A DNA stretch of 64,000 bases from Thermoanaerobaculia bacterium (GTDB lineage Bacteria > Acidobacteriota > Thermoanaerobaculia > UBA5066), in the NCBI GenBank assembly GCA_963719225.1, contig CAVRAY010000001.1, forward strand, positions 3,392,001 through 3,456,000, in the 5' to 3' direction. The translations under genes and the position numbers were made by a program. Positions 29,066-39,214 of the stretch are shown piece by piece; the first letter of the stretch is position 1; every line of letters starts with the position of its first letter. The notes under the pieces are model-generated. The model was not told the DNA's origin. It searched no databases and was given only the letters and a program-made list of their open reading frames with translations.

Positions 29066-30828
29066 AGGACCTCCACGCGTTCCTCGACGTCCTTCGCCGG
29101 GAGAACGAGCTCGCGACGATCGAGGCCGAGGCCGATCCGCGGCTCGAGATCCCCGAGATCCACCGGCGCGTGATCGAGGCGGGCGGCAAGGCGCTTCTCT
29201 TCGAGCGCCCGAAAGGCGCCGACTTCCCGGTCGTGACGAATCTCTTCGGCACTCCGAAGCGCCTCGAGCTCGCGTTCGGCCGGAAGCCGCGTGCGTTCGT
29301 CGAGACGGCGGCGCGCGCCGCGGCGGAGCTTCTCCCGCCGACGACCGAAAAGCTCTGGGCGTTCCGGTCGTTCTTCGGCGCCGCCCTCCGCGTCGGGACG
29401 AAAGAAGCGTCCCGCGCGCCGGTGCTGGACGTCGTCGACGACGCGCCCGATCTCACGCGCCTTCCCGCTCTCACGCAATGGCCGGAGGACGCCGGAGCGT
29501 TCCTGACGCTGCCCCTCGTCTATACGGAGCTTCCTTCCGACGAGACGGCGGCCGCGCGTGAGTCGAACCTCGGCATTTACCGCATGCAGATCCACGGCCC
29601 CAGGACCGCGGGAGTCCACTGGCAGATCGCGAAGGGCGGCGGCTTCCATTACCACGAGGCCGAGCGACGCGGCGCGGCGCTGCCTCTGACGGTTTTCCTC
29701 GGCGGCCCTCCCGCGCTGATCCTCGCGGCGGTCGCGCCGCTGCCCGAAGGGCTCTCCGAACTTCTCGTCGCTTCGCTCCTGCTCGGGAAAAAGCTCCCCA
29801 TGACGAGGGTGCCGTCTCACCCACACCGCCTCGTCGCCGACGCCGAGTTCGCCCTCACCGGCTCGGTGCCCCCGGGAGTGAGGAAGCCGGAGGGGCCGTT
29901 CGGAGACCACTACGGCTATTACTCGCTCGCGCACGACTATCCGGTCTTCCAGCTCTCGCGGATCTACCGCCGCCGGAACGCGATCTTTCCCGCGACGGTC
30001 GTCGGCGTGCCCCGGCAGGAGGACTTCTACATCGGGGACCTCCTGCAGGACCTGCTGTCCCCGCTGTTTCCGCTCGTGATGCCGTCCGTCGTCGACCTCT
30101 GGAGCTACGGGGACACGGGCTTCCACTCGCTGGCAGCCGCCGTCGTGAAGGACCGCTACGGCCGGGAGGCCATGACCTCGGCTTTCCGCATCCTCGGGGA
30201 GGGACAGCTCGCTCTCACGAAATTCCTGCTGGTCACCGACCAGAGGCGCGACCTGCGCGACTTCCGCGGTCTTCTCGAGCACGTCCTCGCGCGCTGCCGG
30301 TTCGAGACGGACCTCTTCGTGTTCTCGAACCTCGCGATGGACACCCTCGACTACACGGGTCCGAAGGTGAACGAGGGCAGCAAGGGCGTTCTCCTCGGTC
30401 TCGGGGAGGCGATCCGCGACCTTCCGCGCGAGTTCCAGGGCGCGCTCCCCACGGGCACGCGGACGGCCGCCGTCTTCTGTGCGGGCACGCTCGTCGTGGA
30501 CGGGCCGTCTTTCGCGTCCGACCGCTCTTTTCCGGAACGACTCGCAAGGGACCCCGCGGTCGCGGGCTGGCCGCTCGTCGTCCTCGCCGACGACGCCGTG
30601 GAAACGGCGAAGGACGAGCGCTCGTTTCTGTGGCGCGTGTTTACGCGATTCGAGCCCGCCGCGGACGTGCACGGACGGAGCGAGGTCGTCCGGAACCATG
30701 TCGCGTTCACGCCGCCGGTCGTCATCGACGCCCGGACGAAGGCCTGGATGCCGAAACTCGTGGAAGTGGATCCGGCCACCGCCGCGCTCGTCGACCGCCG
30801 GTGGCGCGAGTACTTCCCGGGCCCCTGA
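29062..30828 (+). CDS. UbiD-family (prFMN) decarboxylase, menaquinone-type long form
   Basis: VTNLFGT, NLGIYRMQ, EGPFGDHYGYY, DTLDYTG. Confidence 0.92.
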   Translation: MKDLHAFLDVLRRENELATIEAEADPRLEIPEIHRRVIEAGGKALLFERPKGADFPVVTNLFGTPKRLELAFGRKPRAFVETAARAAAELLPPTTEKLWAFRSFFGAALRVGTKEASRAPVLDVVDDAPDLTRLPALTQWPEDAGAFLTLPLVYTELPSDETAAARESNLGIYRMQIHGPRTAGVHWQIAKGGGFHYHEAERRGAALPLTVFLGGPPALILAAVAPLPEGLSELLVASLLLGKKLPMTRVPSHPHRLVADAEFALTGSVPPGVRKPEGPFGDHYGYYSLAHDYPVFQLSRIYRRRNAIFPATVVGVPRQEDFYIGDLLQDLLSPLFPLVMPSVVDLWSYGDTGFHSLAAAVVKDRYGREAMTSAFRILGEGQLALTKFLLVTDQRRDLRDFRGLLEHVLARCRFETDLFVFSNLAMDTLDYTGPKVNEGSKGVLLGLGEAIRDLPREFQGALPTGTRTAAVFCAGTLVVDGPSFASDRSFPERLARDPAVAGWPLVVLADDAVETAKDERSFLWRVFTRFEPAADVHGRSEVVRNHVAFTPPVVIDARTKAWMPKLVEVDPATAALVDRRWREYFPGP

Positions 30829-30939
30829 CCGACAGTTTTCGTCGCCCGCGCCGGGCCTGAACCGCCGCCACGAGTCGCTTTCGGGGCTCCAGACGGGCTC
30901 TTGCCCCGGCCCGGTTCCTGCAAGGGTCCGGGAGAAACG

Positions 30940-31866
30940 ATGGCCGTCCCTCTCGGTGTCGGAGACGTTCTGGCGGAGGCCGGCGACCTCACGGTGCGCC
31001 GGTTGAGCCGCGCATCCACGTGGCAGAAAACCTACGGCGGAACGATCGAAAGGGCGCTCCTCTCGACGGGTGCCGTCACCGAGGAGGTCCTGATCGCCGC
31101 CCTTTCGCAGGCCTATGGTCTGCCGGGAGTCTCACGGGCGACGCTCGTCTCCTCGGACCCGGACATCGTCGAGTGCCTTCCTGCGAAAGAAAGGCGCCGC
31201 TTTCGCGCGCTTCCGTTCGCGCTCTCCGGCAAGCGCCTCAGGATCGCGACCTCGGACCCGCGCAACCTCGTCCTCCTGAAGAATCTCGCCGACGCGACGG
31301 GCTTCGAGGTCGAGCTCCACGTCACGCCGGACCCCGTCCTCGAGGACCTCATCGAGAGCTTCGAGGGGCGCGCTCCCGGTACGGCGCCATTGCCCGGGTC
31401 GCCTTCCGAGCCGGGTTCACCCGCCGATCCGGCGCCCCTCGCGGGACCCGACGATTCCGTCGGCCGCCTCGGGCGCGCGCTTCTCGCCGAGGCGCTGCGC
31501 TTCGGCGCGACGGAGCTCGAGCTCGGAGCCAACACGCACGGCGCCTTCCTGCGCACGTTCGACGCCGATCACCCCGCCGTCACGCGGCGTCTCTCACCAG
31601 CCCTCCTCGGGCCGTTGACCGCCTGGTTTCAGGAAAGGTGCCGTCGCCCCGAAGGATTCGTCGTCGAAGCGAAAGGTCCCGAAGGGAAGCTCAGGCGTCG
31701 CCTCGAGCTCCTCGCGGTCGACACGCACGGCGTCCGCGTCCGGCTGCATCCTTTCGAGGAAGCCGCGAGCCCCACGCGCCCGAAGGAAGACGTCTCCTGC
31801 GCGCACGAGCACACGCAGGGCTTCGTCTTCTGCCCGCACTGCGGCGAGGTGCTTCAGGAAGGCTGA
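30940..31866 (+). CDS. GspE/PilB N-terminal (MshEN-like) domain protein with C-terminal zinc ribbon, no ATPase
   Basis: GVGDVLAEAGDLT...LLSTGAVTEE, ALPFA...IATSDPRN, FCPHCGE. Confidence 0.65.
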   Translation: MAVPLGVGDVLAEAGDLTVRRLSRASTWQKTYGGTIERALLSTGAVTEEVLIAALSQAYGLPGVSRATLVSSDPDIVECLPAKERRRFRALPFALSGKRLRIATSDPRNLVLLKNLADATGFEVELHVTPDPVLEDLIESFEGRAPGTAPLPGSPSEPGSPADPAPLAGPDDSVGRLGRALLAEALRFGATELELGANTHGAFLRTFDADHPAVTRRLSPALLGPLTAWFQERCRRPEGFVVEAKGPEGKLRRRLELLAVDTHGVRVRLHPFEEAASPTRPKEDVSCAHEHTQGFVFCPHCGEVLQEG

Positions 31867-32666
31867 GCTTTCGGACCGCCGCGGCCCCGACCGCGGCGTC
31901 TCCGTCGACGGCCGCCTCCGGCGTCGGCGCGTGGGGCGTCGGGAGACGGCGCGCTCGCGGGCTGAGGAAGACGCGGCGGCGCCACTGAGGCCGCGGGCTG
32001 CTGCGGCTGAGGCCGGCCCGTACCGCCATTGCCTCCCGCTCCGCCGCGTCCGCGCCGTCGGCGCCGGCGGCCGCCGCCTTCGCCCGGCTGCGGCTGCTGC
32101 TGTGGCTGCTGCACCTGCTGTCTCTGTCCGGCCGCGGCGCGCTCGCGGCGCTCGCGCTCCCGCTGGGCGTGGCGGCGCGCTTCTTCCTGCTGCTTGACGC
32201 GCTGCCGCTCGCGGGCCCGGCGCTCTTCCTCGGCACGCCTGGCCGCCAGCTCGGCCTCGTGCTTCTTCCGCCACTCGGCTTCGATTTCGTCTCGCTCCTG
32301 GCGCTCTTCCTCCGTCAGGAGTCCGGCGACGGTGACGAGGATTTCCGGGTGTGAAGCCTGGTCGCGGATGCAGGAGACGATCTGCATCTTGACGGGCGCG
32401 TTCGGGTCCGCGACGACCGCCGGGAGCCGGCTCGAATCCGAGAGGAACATGCGGGTGAAGACGACGCGGCGCGCCTGGCCGAGCGCGTCGTTCGTGAGGG
32501 ACAGCCAGTAGTGGTCGCGTTCGTGGTCGAGGCCGTGCGCGGCGAGCGCGAAACCCGGCAGCGCCTCGGCGGCGAGCGCGCTCAGGAGCTCGATGTGCTT
32601 TTCCCCGATCTCCTGCGTCTGCTCCATGGAGACGACGCGGTCGCGAAACATGCGTACCTGACCCAT
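31854..32666 (-). CDS. Hypothetical protein with coiled-coil and Q/R/G-rich tail
   Basis: Globular N-terminus (MGQVRMF...), E/R coiled coil, QQPQ and RRRRRGRG tracts; TAGACT -10 8 nt upstream. Confidence 0.65.
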   Translation of the reverse strand: MGQVRMFRDRVVSMEQTQEIGEKHIELLSALAAEALPGFALAAHGLDHERDHYWLSLTNDALGQARRVVFTRMFLSDSSRLPAVVADPNAPVKMQIVSCIRDQASHPEILVTVAGLLTEEERQERDEIEAEWRKKHEAELAARRAEEERRARERQRVKQQEEARRHAQRERERRERAAAGQRQQVQQPQQQPQPGEGGGRRRRRRGRGGAGGNGGTGRPQPQQPAASVAPPRLPQPASAPSPDAPRADAGGGRRRRRRGRGRGGPKAQPS

Positions 32667-32694
32667 CGGCGGCGAGTCTACCAACCGCCTTCGG

Positions 32695-33876
32695 TCAGAC
32701 GGCCACGCCGCCCAGCGCGAGCAGGCGCCGGGCATGGGCGTCGGGCCCGAACGAGGCTCTCAGGTGCGCCGCGCCGGCCGCGAGGCGAGGTCCGAGCCCC
32801 TCGCGCACGAAGCGCGCCATCGCGCGCGTGAGGGCGGGCGCATCTCCGGGCGGCACGAGAAGGCCGCTGTGCCCGTCCTCGATGATGTCCATGAGGCCCT
32901 CGACCGCCGTCCCGATGACGGGGCGGCCGTACGCGAGGGCGTCGGCCGCGATACCGGAGCCCGTCGCGTGCCGGTACGGGCACACGACGGCGTCCGCGGC
33001 CGCGAACCACAGCCCGCGCTCTTTCTCGGACAGGTAGCGGAGCTCGAGACGGACGCCGGCCGGCGCCCATGCCTCGAGACGGCGCGCCTTGCCCCAGGGC
33101 TCCCCGGCGAGGACGAGCAGGGCCGATGGGATCTCTTGCCTCAGCGCCGCGAATGCGTCGAGAAGAATGTCCCAGCCCTTGTACGGCCTGAGGAGGCCGC
33201 TGAAGAGGAAGACGGGCGCGTCCGGCGGGAGGCCGAGATGGCCGCGGGCGTCGTCGCGGTCGGGCAGGACGGCGCGCGGCTCAGCCGGGTGCGGCACGAT
33301 CGCAACGGGCGCGTCCGGGCGCTCGCCGGAGATCTCGCGCGCGCTGCGCGCGTTCTGCGCGGCGAAACGATCCGCGCGGCGGAGGACGGCCCGCGTGAGG
33401 GCGTCCTTGAGGGGATGCGACTCGTGGTCGAAGACGTTGTGGCAGAGGAGGAGTCGTACGGCGGAGGGCCGCTCGGCGCCGAGGGTGGACAGGAACAGAG
33501 ACGCGTGCGCCGCGAAATACGCCGTCCACCAGGGAAGGATCACGAGAGAAACTTCTTTGAAGGAAAGATAGCGGGCCGCTCTCACGAACGAGAAAGGGTT
33601 CAACCCGTCGAGAAGCGCGGCGGCCTCTCCCAATCGAGAGCCGCGCGCCGAACCGCCGGCGTCACCCTCTTCACCTTCTAGGAAGTCTTTCTTCTCTTCT
33701 TCCGAATAGTCCGTCGTCCCCGGATAAAGAAAACGCGGATACATCCGCGAGAAGCCGACGACGAGAGGCTCGATGCCCAACCGCCGCATCGCGCGCAGGA
33801 GACGCGCGTCCTGGTCGGCGATCCCGCTGCGCCAGGGCGGGAAAGGCCCGACGAGCGCGACGACGGGAGGTGTCAT
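32695..33876 (-). CDS. Glycosyltransferase family 4
   Basis: GPFPPWRSGIA, GLLRPYKG, PYRHATGSG; start MTPP overlapping the rlmI stop. Confidence 0.88.
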   Translation of the reverse strand: MTPPVVALVGPFPPWRSGIADQDARLLRAMRRLGIEPLVVGFSRMYPRFLYPGTTDYSEEEKKDFLEGEEGDAGGSARGSRLGEAAALLDGLNPFSFVRAARYLSFKEVSLVILPWWTAYFAAHASLFLSTLGAERPSAVRLLLCHNVFDHESHPLKDALTRAVLRRADRFAAQNARSAREISGERPDAPVAIVPHPAEPRAVLPDRDDARGHLGLPPDAPVFLFSGLLRPYKGWDILLDAFAALRQEIPSALLVLAGEPWGKARRLEAWAPAGVRLELRYLSEKERGLWFAAADAVVCPYRHATGSGIAADALAYGRPVIGTAVEGLMDIIEDGHSGLLVPPGDAPALTRAMARFVREGLGPRLAAGAAHLRASFGPDAHARRLLALGGVAV

Positions 33877-35060
33877 GCGGACAAGAGGAACGCCTTGAGG
33901 TATTCCCCCTCGGGGCAGTCGATCGAGACGGGATGGTCGGGACCGGCGCCGCGTTTCTCGAGGAGCCGCGCCGGACGGCGTGCGTCGAGGGCGGCCGCGA
34001 AGATCACTTTCTGGAAGAGGTCGGGCGAGACGCGACCCGAGCACGAGCACGCGAGAAGGAGTCCGCCGGGCGCGAGGAGCTGGAACGCGAGCCGGTTGAT
34101 GTCCTTGTAACCACGGCATGCCTTCTCGACGTCCGCCTTTCTCTTCGCGAACGCAGGCGGGTCCGTCACGATGAAGTCCCAGCGTTCCCCGGCCGCGACC
34201 CGGACCCTGAGGTCGTCGAAGACGTCGGCTTCCCGCAGCTCGACGCGCGATCCGGGCCCCACGACGGCCTGAGCGTTGAGAACGTGGTTCTCGCGCGCGA
34301 GCTGGAGCGCGGCGCCGGATGAGTCGACGTGGACGACGCGCGACGCGCCGCCCGCGAGCGCGGCCACACCGAAAGCGCCCGAATACGAGAACAGGTTGAG
34401 GATGCTCCGGCCCGCCGCGTGGGAACGCACGAGAAAACGATTTTCGCGCTGATCGAGGAAAAAGCCCGTCTTTTGGCCCGCGGAAATCTCCGCCACGAAG
34501 GCGAGGCCCCGCTCGCGGAACCTCGCCCGCCGGGGGCTCGTGTCGCCCGCGAGCAGTTCGTCATCGAGCGGGAGCCCTTCTCCCTGACGCGAAGGCAAAT
34601 CGTTCTTCTGGACGACCGTCGTCCCGGGGAAGGACGCGAGGATCGGAGGAAGCCAGAGCGGGCGAGCGCGCTCGGTGCCCTCGGTCGTGGCCTGCACCAC
34701 GAGGGCTCCGCCGTACCGGTCCGCGACGAGGCCGGGCAGGAAATCGCCCTCCGCATTCACGACGCGGTAGCCGTCGGTCTCGGGCGGGACGACGCGCTCC
34801 CTCAGAGCCACCGATTCGCGGACGCGCTGCGAGACGAAATCGGCGTCGAGCGGCCGGTCCTCGAACGTCCAGAAACGGGCCACGATCGACGCTGCCGGCG
34901 ACGCGAATCCGCGTGCCAGGAATGTCCCCGAAGCGTCCCGCGCCTCGACGGTGCCGTCGGTCGAGGCGCCGTCCTGTCGCGCGACCGCTCCCGAAAAAAG
35001 CCACGGGTGACGCCTTCGCGTCGCCGCACCGCGGCCCTTGACAAGATGGAGCGTCTTCAC
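33873..35060 (-). CDS. rlmI: 23S rRNA m5C1962 methyltransferase RlmI-like
   Basis: RHPWLFSG (PUA), EGDFLPGL, GQKTGFFLDQRENR, DPPAFAK, EGEYLK. Confidence 0.88.
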   Translation of the reverse strand: MKTLHLVKGRGAATRRRHPWLFSGAVARQDGASTDGTVEARDASGTFLARGFASPAASIVARFWTFEDRPLDADFVSQRVRESVALRERVVPPETDGYRVVNAEGDFLPGLVADRYGGALVVQATTEGTERARPLWLPPILASFPGTTVVQKNDLPSRQGEGLPLDDELLAGDTSPRRARFRERGLAFVAEISAGQKTGFFLDQRENRFLVRSHAAGRSILNLFSYSGAFGVAALAGGASRVVHVDSSGAALQLARENHVLNAQAVVGPGSRVELREADVFDDLRVRVAAGERWDFIVTDPPAFAKRKADVEKACRGYKDINRLAFQLLAPGGLLLACSCSGRVSPDLFQKVIFAAALDARRPARLLEKRGAGPDHPVSIDCPEGEYLKAFLLSA

Positions 35061-35134
35061 ACCGCGACGATAACCGAGGTCCGGCCGCGCCCACGCTTGA
35101 CGCATCCGGCCGCCAAGCCGAGACTGTTCGGGAA

Positions 35135-35701
35135 ATGCGCGAACGAAACCTGATCCCCGCCCATCTTCTGGCCGAGGCGGGCACGACGGATCCCATGGAG
35201 CTCACGCGCCTCGGCGTGGACGCCTCCAAGGAAGAGCGGTACGAGCGAGGTCTCATCTTCCTCACGGAGGCCTACCGCCTTTTTTCCAGCGAGAAGGACG
35301 TGAAGAGCGAGGCCCTGCGCGAAGCTGCGGGAGAGGAGGAGCCGGAGGCGCGCCGGCGGGCGCCGGGCATCATGTTCTCGTACTACGGGCTCTGCCTCGC
35401 CAACACGGCTCCGACGAGGGCCGCCGAGGCCGCGAGCTTTTGTGAGATCGCGGTCCAGAAGGAGCCCTCGCGCGTCGAACACTACGTCAACCTCGTTGGA
35501 ATCTGGCAAGCGGGGCACCATCGCCTCAAGATGGTCCAGGCTCTCGAACGCGGCATGGCGGCCCTCCCGAAAAGCGCGGTCCTCCAGGCTCTCGGGGAGG
35601 GGATCGGCATGCGCAAGTCCCCGGCATTGCCCTTTCTTCCCCGGGAGAACACGGTCAACGCGGCGATCGGAAAGCTGCTGCGAAAGCGGCCGAAGAGCTA
35701 G
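35135..35701 (+). CDS. Hypothetical TPR-like protein
   Basis: SYYGLCLA...HYVNL helical repeats; C-terminal LPFLPRENTVNAAIGK. Confidence 0.6.
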   Translation: MRERNLIPAHLLAEAGTTDPMELTRLGVDASKEERYERGLIFLTEAYRLFSSEKDVKSEALREAAGEEEPEARRRAPGIMFSYYGLCLANTAPTRAAEAASFCEIAVQKEPSRVEHYVNLVGIWQAGHHRLKMVQALERGMAALPKSAVLQALGEGIGMRKSPALPFLPRENTVNAAIGKLLRKRPKS

Positions 35702-35717
35702 CCCGCAGACCTCGCGT

Positions 35718-36704
35718 TCAGCGCCAGAGAGCCGACAACCCGAGCCACATCGCGGCCGACACTCCGGCGGACGCGGGGATCGTCAGGATCCACGCGATCA
35801 CGATCGAGCGGGCGACTCCCCAGCGCACGGCCGAGAAGCGCCGGACGGAGCCCATGCCCATGATCGCGCCCGTGATCGTGTGGGTCGTCGAAACCGGCAC
35901 GCCGCCCAGCGACGCGCCGATGAGCGTCACGGCTCCCGCGAACTCGGCGCACGAGCCGCCGATGGGCTTCAGCGCCGTGATGCGCATGCCCATCGTCCGC
36001 ACGATGCGCCATCCGCCCGTGAGAGTCCCGAGGCCGATCGCCGCGTGGCAGATCAGGACGATCCAGAACGGAATCTCCAAAGTCTTCAGGGTGCCCGCGG
36101 AGAAGAGGAGCACGGCGATGATGCCCATCGTCTTCTGGGCGTCGTTCATCCCGTGGCCGAACGAGAACGCCGCCGCCGAGACGAGCTGGACCCTCCGGAA
36201 TCCGCGGTCCAGGGGCTCGGGCCGCGCGTGCCGGAAGATCCACGCGACGATGAGAAAGAAGATGAAGCCGAGAACGAACCCGAGAAGGGGCGACAGAACG
36301 ATGAAAATGATCGTCTTCCCGAGCCCCTTCGGCACGAGAGAGGCCGGCCCCGCCTTCGCGACGGCCGCGCCGGCGAACCCGCCGATGAGAGCGTGCGAGG
36401 AGGACGACGGAAGGCCCCACCACCAGGTCGCGAGGTTCCACACGATCGCCCCCACGAGCGCTGCGAAGATGAGGAGAGGATCCACGACGGCCGGGTTCAC
36501 GATGTCCTTGCCGATCGTCTTGGCCACGCGCGTCTCGAGGGAGAACGCCGCGACGAAGTTGAAGAACGCCGCCCACGCGACCGCTTTTTTCGGCGTCAGG
36601 ACCCGGGTCCCGACGACGGTCGCGATGGAGTTCGCCGCGTCGTGGAAGCCGTTGATGAAGTCGAAGACGAGCGCCACGAACACGACGAAGAGAACGAAGG
36701 TCAT
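35718..36704 (-). CDS. pit: Inorganic phosphate transporter (PiT family)
   Basis: GFHDAAN, PSSSSHA, HGMNDAQK, PVSTTH. Confidence 0.95.
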   Translation of the reverse strand: MTFVLFVVFVALVFDFINGFHDAANSIATVVGTRVLTPKKAVAWAAFFNFVAAFSLETRVAKTIGKDIVNPAVVDPLLIFAALVGAIVWNLATWWWGLPSSSSHALIGGFAGAAVAKAGPASLVPKGLGKTIIFIVLSPLLGFVLGFIFFLIVAWIFRHARPEPLDRGFRRVQLVSAAAFSFGHGMNDAQKTMGIIAVLLFSAGTLKTLEIPFWIVLICHAAIGLGTLTGGWRIVRTMGMRITALKPIGGSCAEFAGAVTLIGASLGGVPVSTTHTITGAIMGMGSVRRFSAVRWGVARSIVIAWILTIPASAGVSAAMWLGLSALWR

Positions 36705-36720
36705 CGGCGCGGCGCGAGGC

Positions 36721-37344
36721 TCAGGAGGACTTCAGGACGATCTGCTCGAAGACGTTCGCGACGTCCTCGCAGCGGTCAGTGGCCTCTTCCAGGACCTCGT
36801 AGATCTCCTTCCATTTCATGAGCGCGATCGGGTCCTTCTCCGTCTCGAAGAGGTTCCCGATGGAAATGCGGTTCAGGGTGTCGGCTTCGTTCTCGAGGCG
36901 ATTGATCTCCACGCAGATCTCCAGGATCTTGGCGGAGTTCTTGAGGTCGCCGAGGAGGCCTGCCGCGCGGCAGATCGCCTCGGCGGACTGCACGAGAAGG
37001 GCGGTGGCCGCCTTCAGGGCGGGCGTCGGAGCGGGGATCTTGTAGAGGACGAGGCGCGCGGCCGCGGCGTCGAGATAGTCGAGCACGTCGTCGAGCGCCT
37101 TGACGAGCGCGTGAATGTCCTCCCGGTCGATCGGCGTGATCCACGTGCGCGAGAGGAGCCCGAACGTCTGGTGTGCGACCTGGTCGCCCTCGTGCTCGAG
37201 ATGCTTGATCCGCGCGACCTTCAGCTCGACCTCGGTGAAGTCCGCGGCGAGCTGGTCGAGGGCGTTCGCGGCCTCGAGGATGATCTCGGAGGCGCGGACG
37301 AATTGCGGGAGAAAGCTCTCCTCGCGCGGAAACAGCTTGATCAC
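36721..37344 (-). CDS. DUF47/PhoU-like phosphate transport regulator
   Basis: EHEGD, ITPIDREDI, LENEAD, TDRCEDVA; adjacent to pit. Confidence 0.92.
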   Translation of the reverse strand: MIKLFPREESFLPQFVRASEIILEAANALDQLAADFTEVELKVARIKHLEHEGDQVAHQTFGLLSRTWITPIDREDIHALVKALDDVLDYLDAAAARLVLYKIPAPTPALKAATALLVQSAEAICRAAGLLGDLKNSAKILEICVEINRLENEADTLNRISIGNLFETEKDPIALMKWKEIYEVLEEATDRCEDVANVFEQIVLKSS

Positions 37345-37450
37345 GCGCCGAGAGTATCAAAGCGACTTCACACCGATTTCATGAGGACTTCACACGCAGG
37401 CGAGCAGCGCCTGATCGGGTATGGAGCGCCGGGCATGGCAGGATAGAAAC

Positions 37451-39214
37451 ATGATCCGACTCGCGCGCGCCATACGCGCCCTCGCCGTCCTTATTCCGGC
37501 CTTCGCGCTCGCGGCCTCCGCTCCGCCGGCGGCTCCCACGCCGAAGCTCGCCGTCGTGATCTCCGTGGACGGCCTCGGCTTTTCCCGCCTCGACGGCTAC
37601 CGGCCGTGGTTCGTCGCCGGATTCAGGAGGCTCCTCGACGAGGGCTATGTCGAGCGCGCCGCGCGCTATCAACACCTGAACACCGAGACCGGGCCAGGGC
37701 ACGCCTCTCTCGGAACGGGCGCGCCGCCGCGGGTCACGGGGATCGTGACGAACAGCTGGTTCGAAGCCGGCGAAGACGGTTCGCTCTACACCGTCTACTG
37801 CACGGACCAGCGCGATCCGGGGGCCCCGGCCGGGACGGCGCGCGTCGTACCCGGACCCGGAAACCTGCGCGTCCCGACGCTCGGCGACCGCCTCGTCGAG
37901 GCGAAGAAGGGCGCGCGCGTCGTCTCGATTTCAGCGAAGGACCGGGGCGCGATTTTCATGGCCGGCCGGGAACGGGCCCACTCGGTTTACTGGTACGACA
38001 AGGAGACGGGCCGTTTCGTTTCCTCGACGGCGTACGACCCGCCCTCTTCCGTCCGCTCCGCCGTTCGGAAATTCAACGAGACGAAAGCGGGGACCATGCT
38101 CCCGGGCCGTTTCGGCCTCGCCTGGAAGAAATGGCCGGCGCCCCCGCCCTCTTCCGGAACGAAGGCCCTTCCGACTCCCGTCCCCGCCTCGATCGTCCAG
38201 CGCTACCAGTACCCCGTGCACGGACTCGGCTTCGACCACGACCTCTCGCGTTTCGGCGTGATGCCGACCGGAGACACGGCGGGCTACTTCGGAGGCATTT
38301 ACAGGAGCCCGATCGTGGACGAGCTCACGGCCGACCTCGCGCTCGCCCTCCTCGACGATCCGCAGGTGAAGCTCGGACATGGCGATGCCCCCGACCTCCT
38401 CTGCCTCTCTTTTTCGGCCCACGATCCCGTCTCACACGACTACGGCAACGAATCCGAGGAGGAGCTCGACACCTTGCGGCGCCTCGACGTGCAGCTCGGC
38501 CGCCTTCTCGACGCGCTGGAGGCGCGATATTCGAAGGGGAGCTTCCTCGTCGCGCTCTCGGCGGACCACGGCTTCCCTCTGATGCCCGAGGTCGCCAGGG
38601 CGGTCGACAAGACCGCTTCGGGCGGCCGGATCGACGTCGGAAAGGAGACGCTTCACAACTTCAGGGAGCGCCTGAACCGGATGCTCGACGAGACGCTCTG
38701 TCTCGACGCCGGCGCCAAGCCGATCTTCGGGATGGACGGGTGGAATCTCTTCTACGATCGATCCGCGCTCCCGGCCCGGAGCGTCGCGGGGAGCTGCGGG
38801 GCGGCGGGACGCCCCGTCACGGCGGCCGACGTCGACCGCGTCCTGCCCGGCCTCGTGAAGCTGGTCTGGGGCGCCGAGATCGAGGACGTCCTCCTCGCGT
38901 CACAGGCGTCTTCGTGGCCCGAAACTCCCGCGCTCTCCTTCGTGAAGAACGACTTCGACGCGCAACGTTCGGGAGACGCCATCCTCGTCCCGCGCTGGGG
39001 CGTCCAGACGTCGTACAACCCGGGACGCGGCTCGATGCACGGGACGCATCACGAATACGACATCCACGTGCCGCTCGTCTTCTGGGGCGCGGGCGTGAAG
39101 GCCGGGTCTTCGAACGCAGCATCCACTCCCTACGACCTCGCGCCGACCGTGGGCGCATGGCTCGGCGTCTCGCTGCCCCAGGCGGTCGGCAAGCCGCTCG
39201 CTCTGCCGCGGTGA
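37451..39214 (+). CDS. Alkaline phosphatase superfamily enzyme (PafA/PhoK-like)
   Basis: Signal peptide; ISVDG, TETGPGHA (Thr nucleophile), SAKDRGA, SADHG, HGTHHEYD. Confidence 0.88.
   Translation: MIRLARAIRALAVLIPAFALAASAPPAAPTPKLAVVISVDGLGFSRLDGYRPWFVAGFRRLLDEGYVERAARYQHLNTETGPGHASLGTGAPPRVTGIVTNSWFEAGEDGSLYTVYCTDQRDPGAPAGTARVVPGPGNLRVPTLGDRLVEAKKGARVVSISAKDRGAIFMAGRERAHSVYWYDKETGRFVSSTAYDPPSSVRSAVRKFNETKAGTMLPGRFGLAWKKWPAPPPSSGTKALPTPVPASIVQRYQYPVHGLGFDHDLSRFGVMPTGDTAGYFGGIYRSPIVDELTADLALALLDDPQVKLGHGDAPDLLCLSFSAHDPVSHDYGNESEEELDTLRRLDVQLGRLLDALEARYSKGSFLVALSADHGFPLMPEVARAVDKTASGGRIDVGKETLHNFRERLNRMLDETLCLDAGAKPIFGMDGWNLFYDRSALPARSVAGSCGAAGRPVTAADVDRVLPGLVKLVWGAEIEDVLLASQASSWPETPALSFVKNDFDAQRSGDAILVPRWGVQTSYNPGRGSMHGTHHEYDIHVPLVFWGAGVKAGSSNAASTPYDLAPTVGAWLGVSLPQAVGKPLALPR

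Noticed and set aside
33540-33720. A/T-richer patch inside the GT4 gene
   Set aside because: The frame stays open and no terminal repeats are visible; too little evidence for a mobile insert
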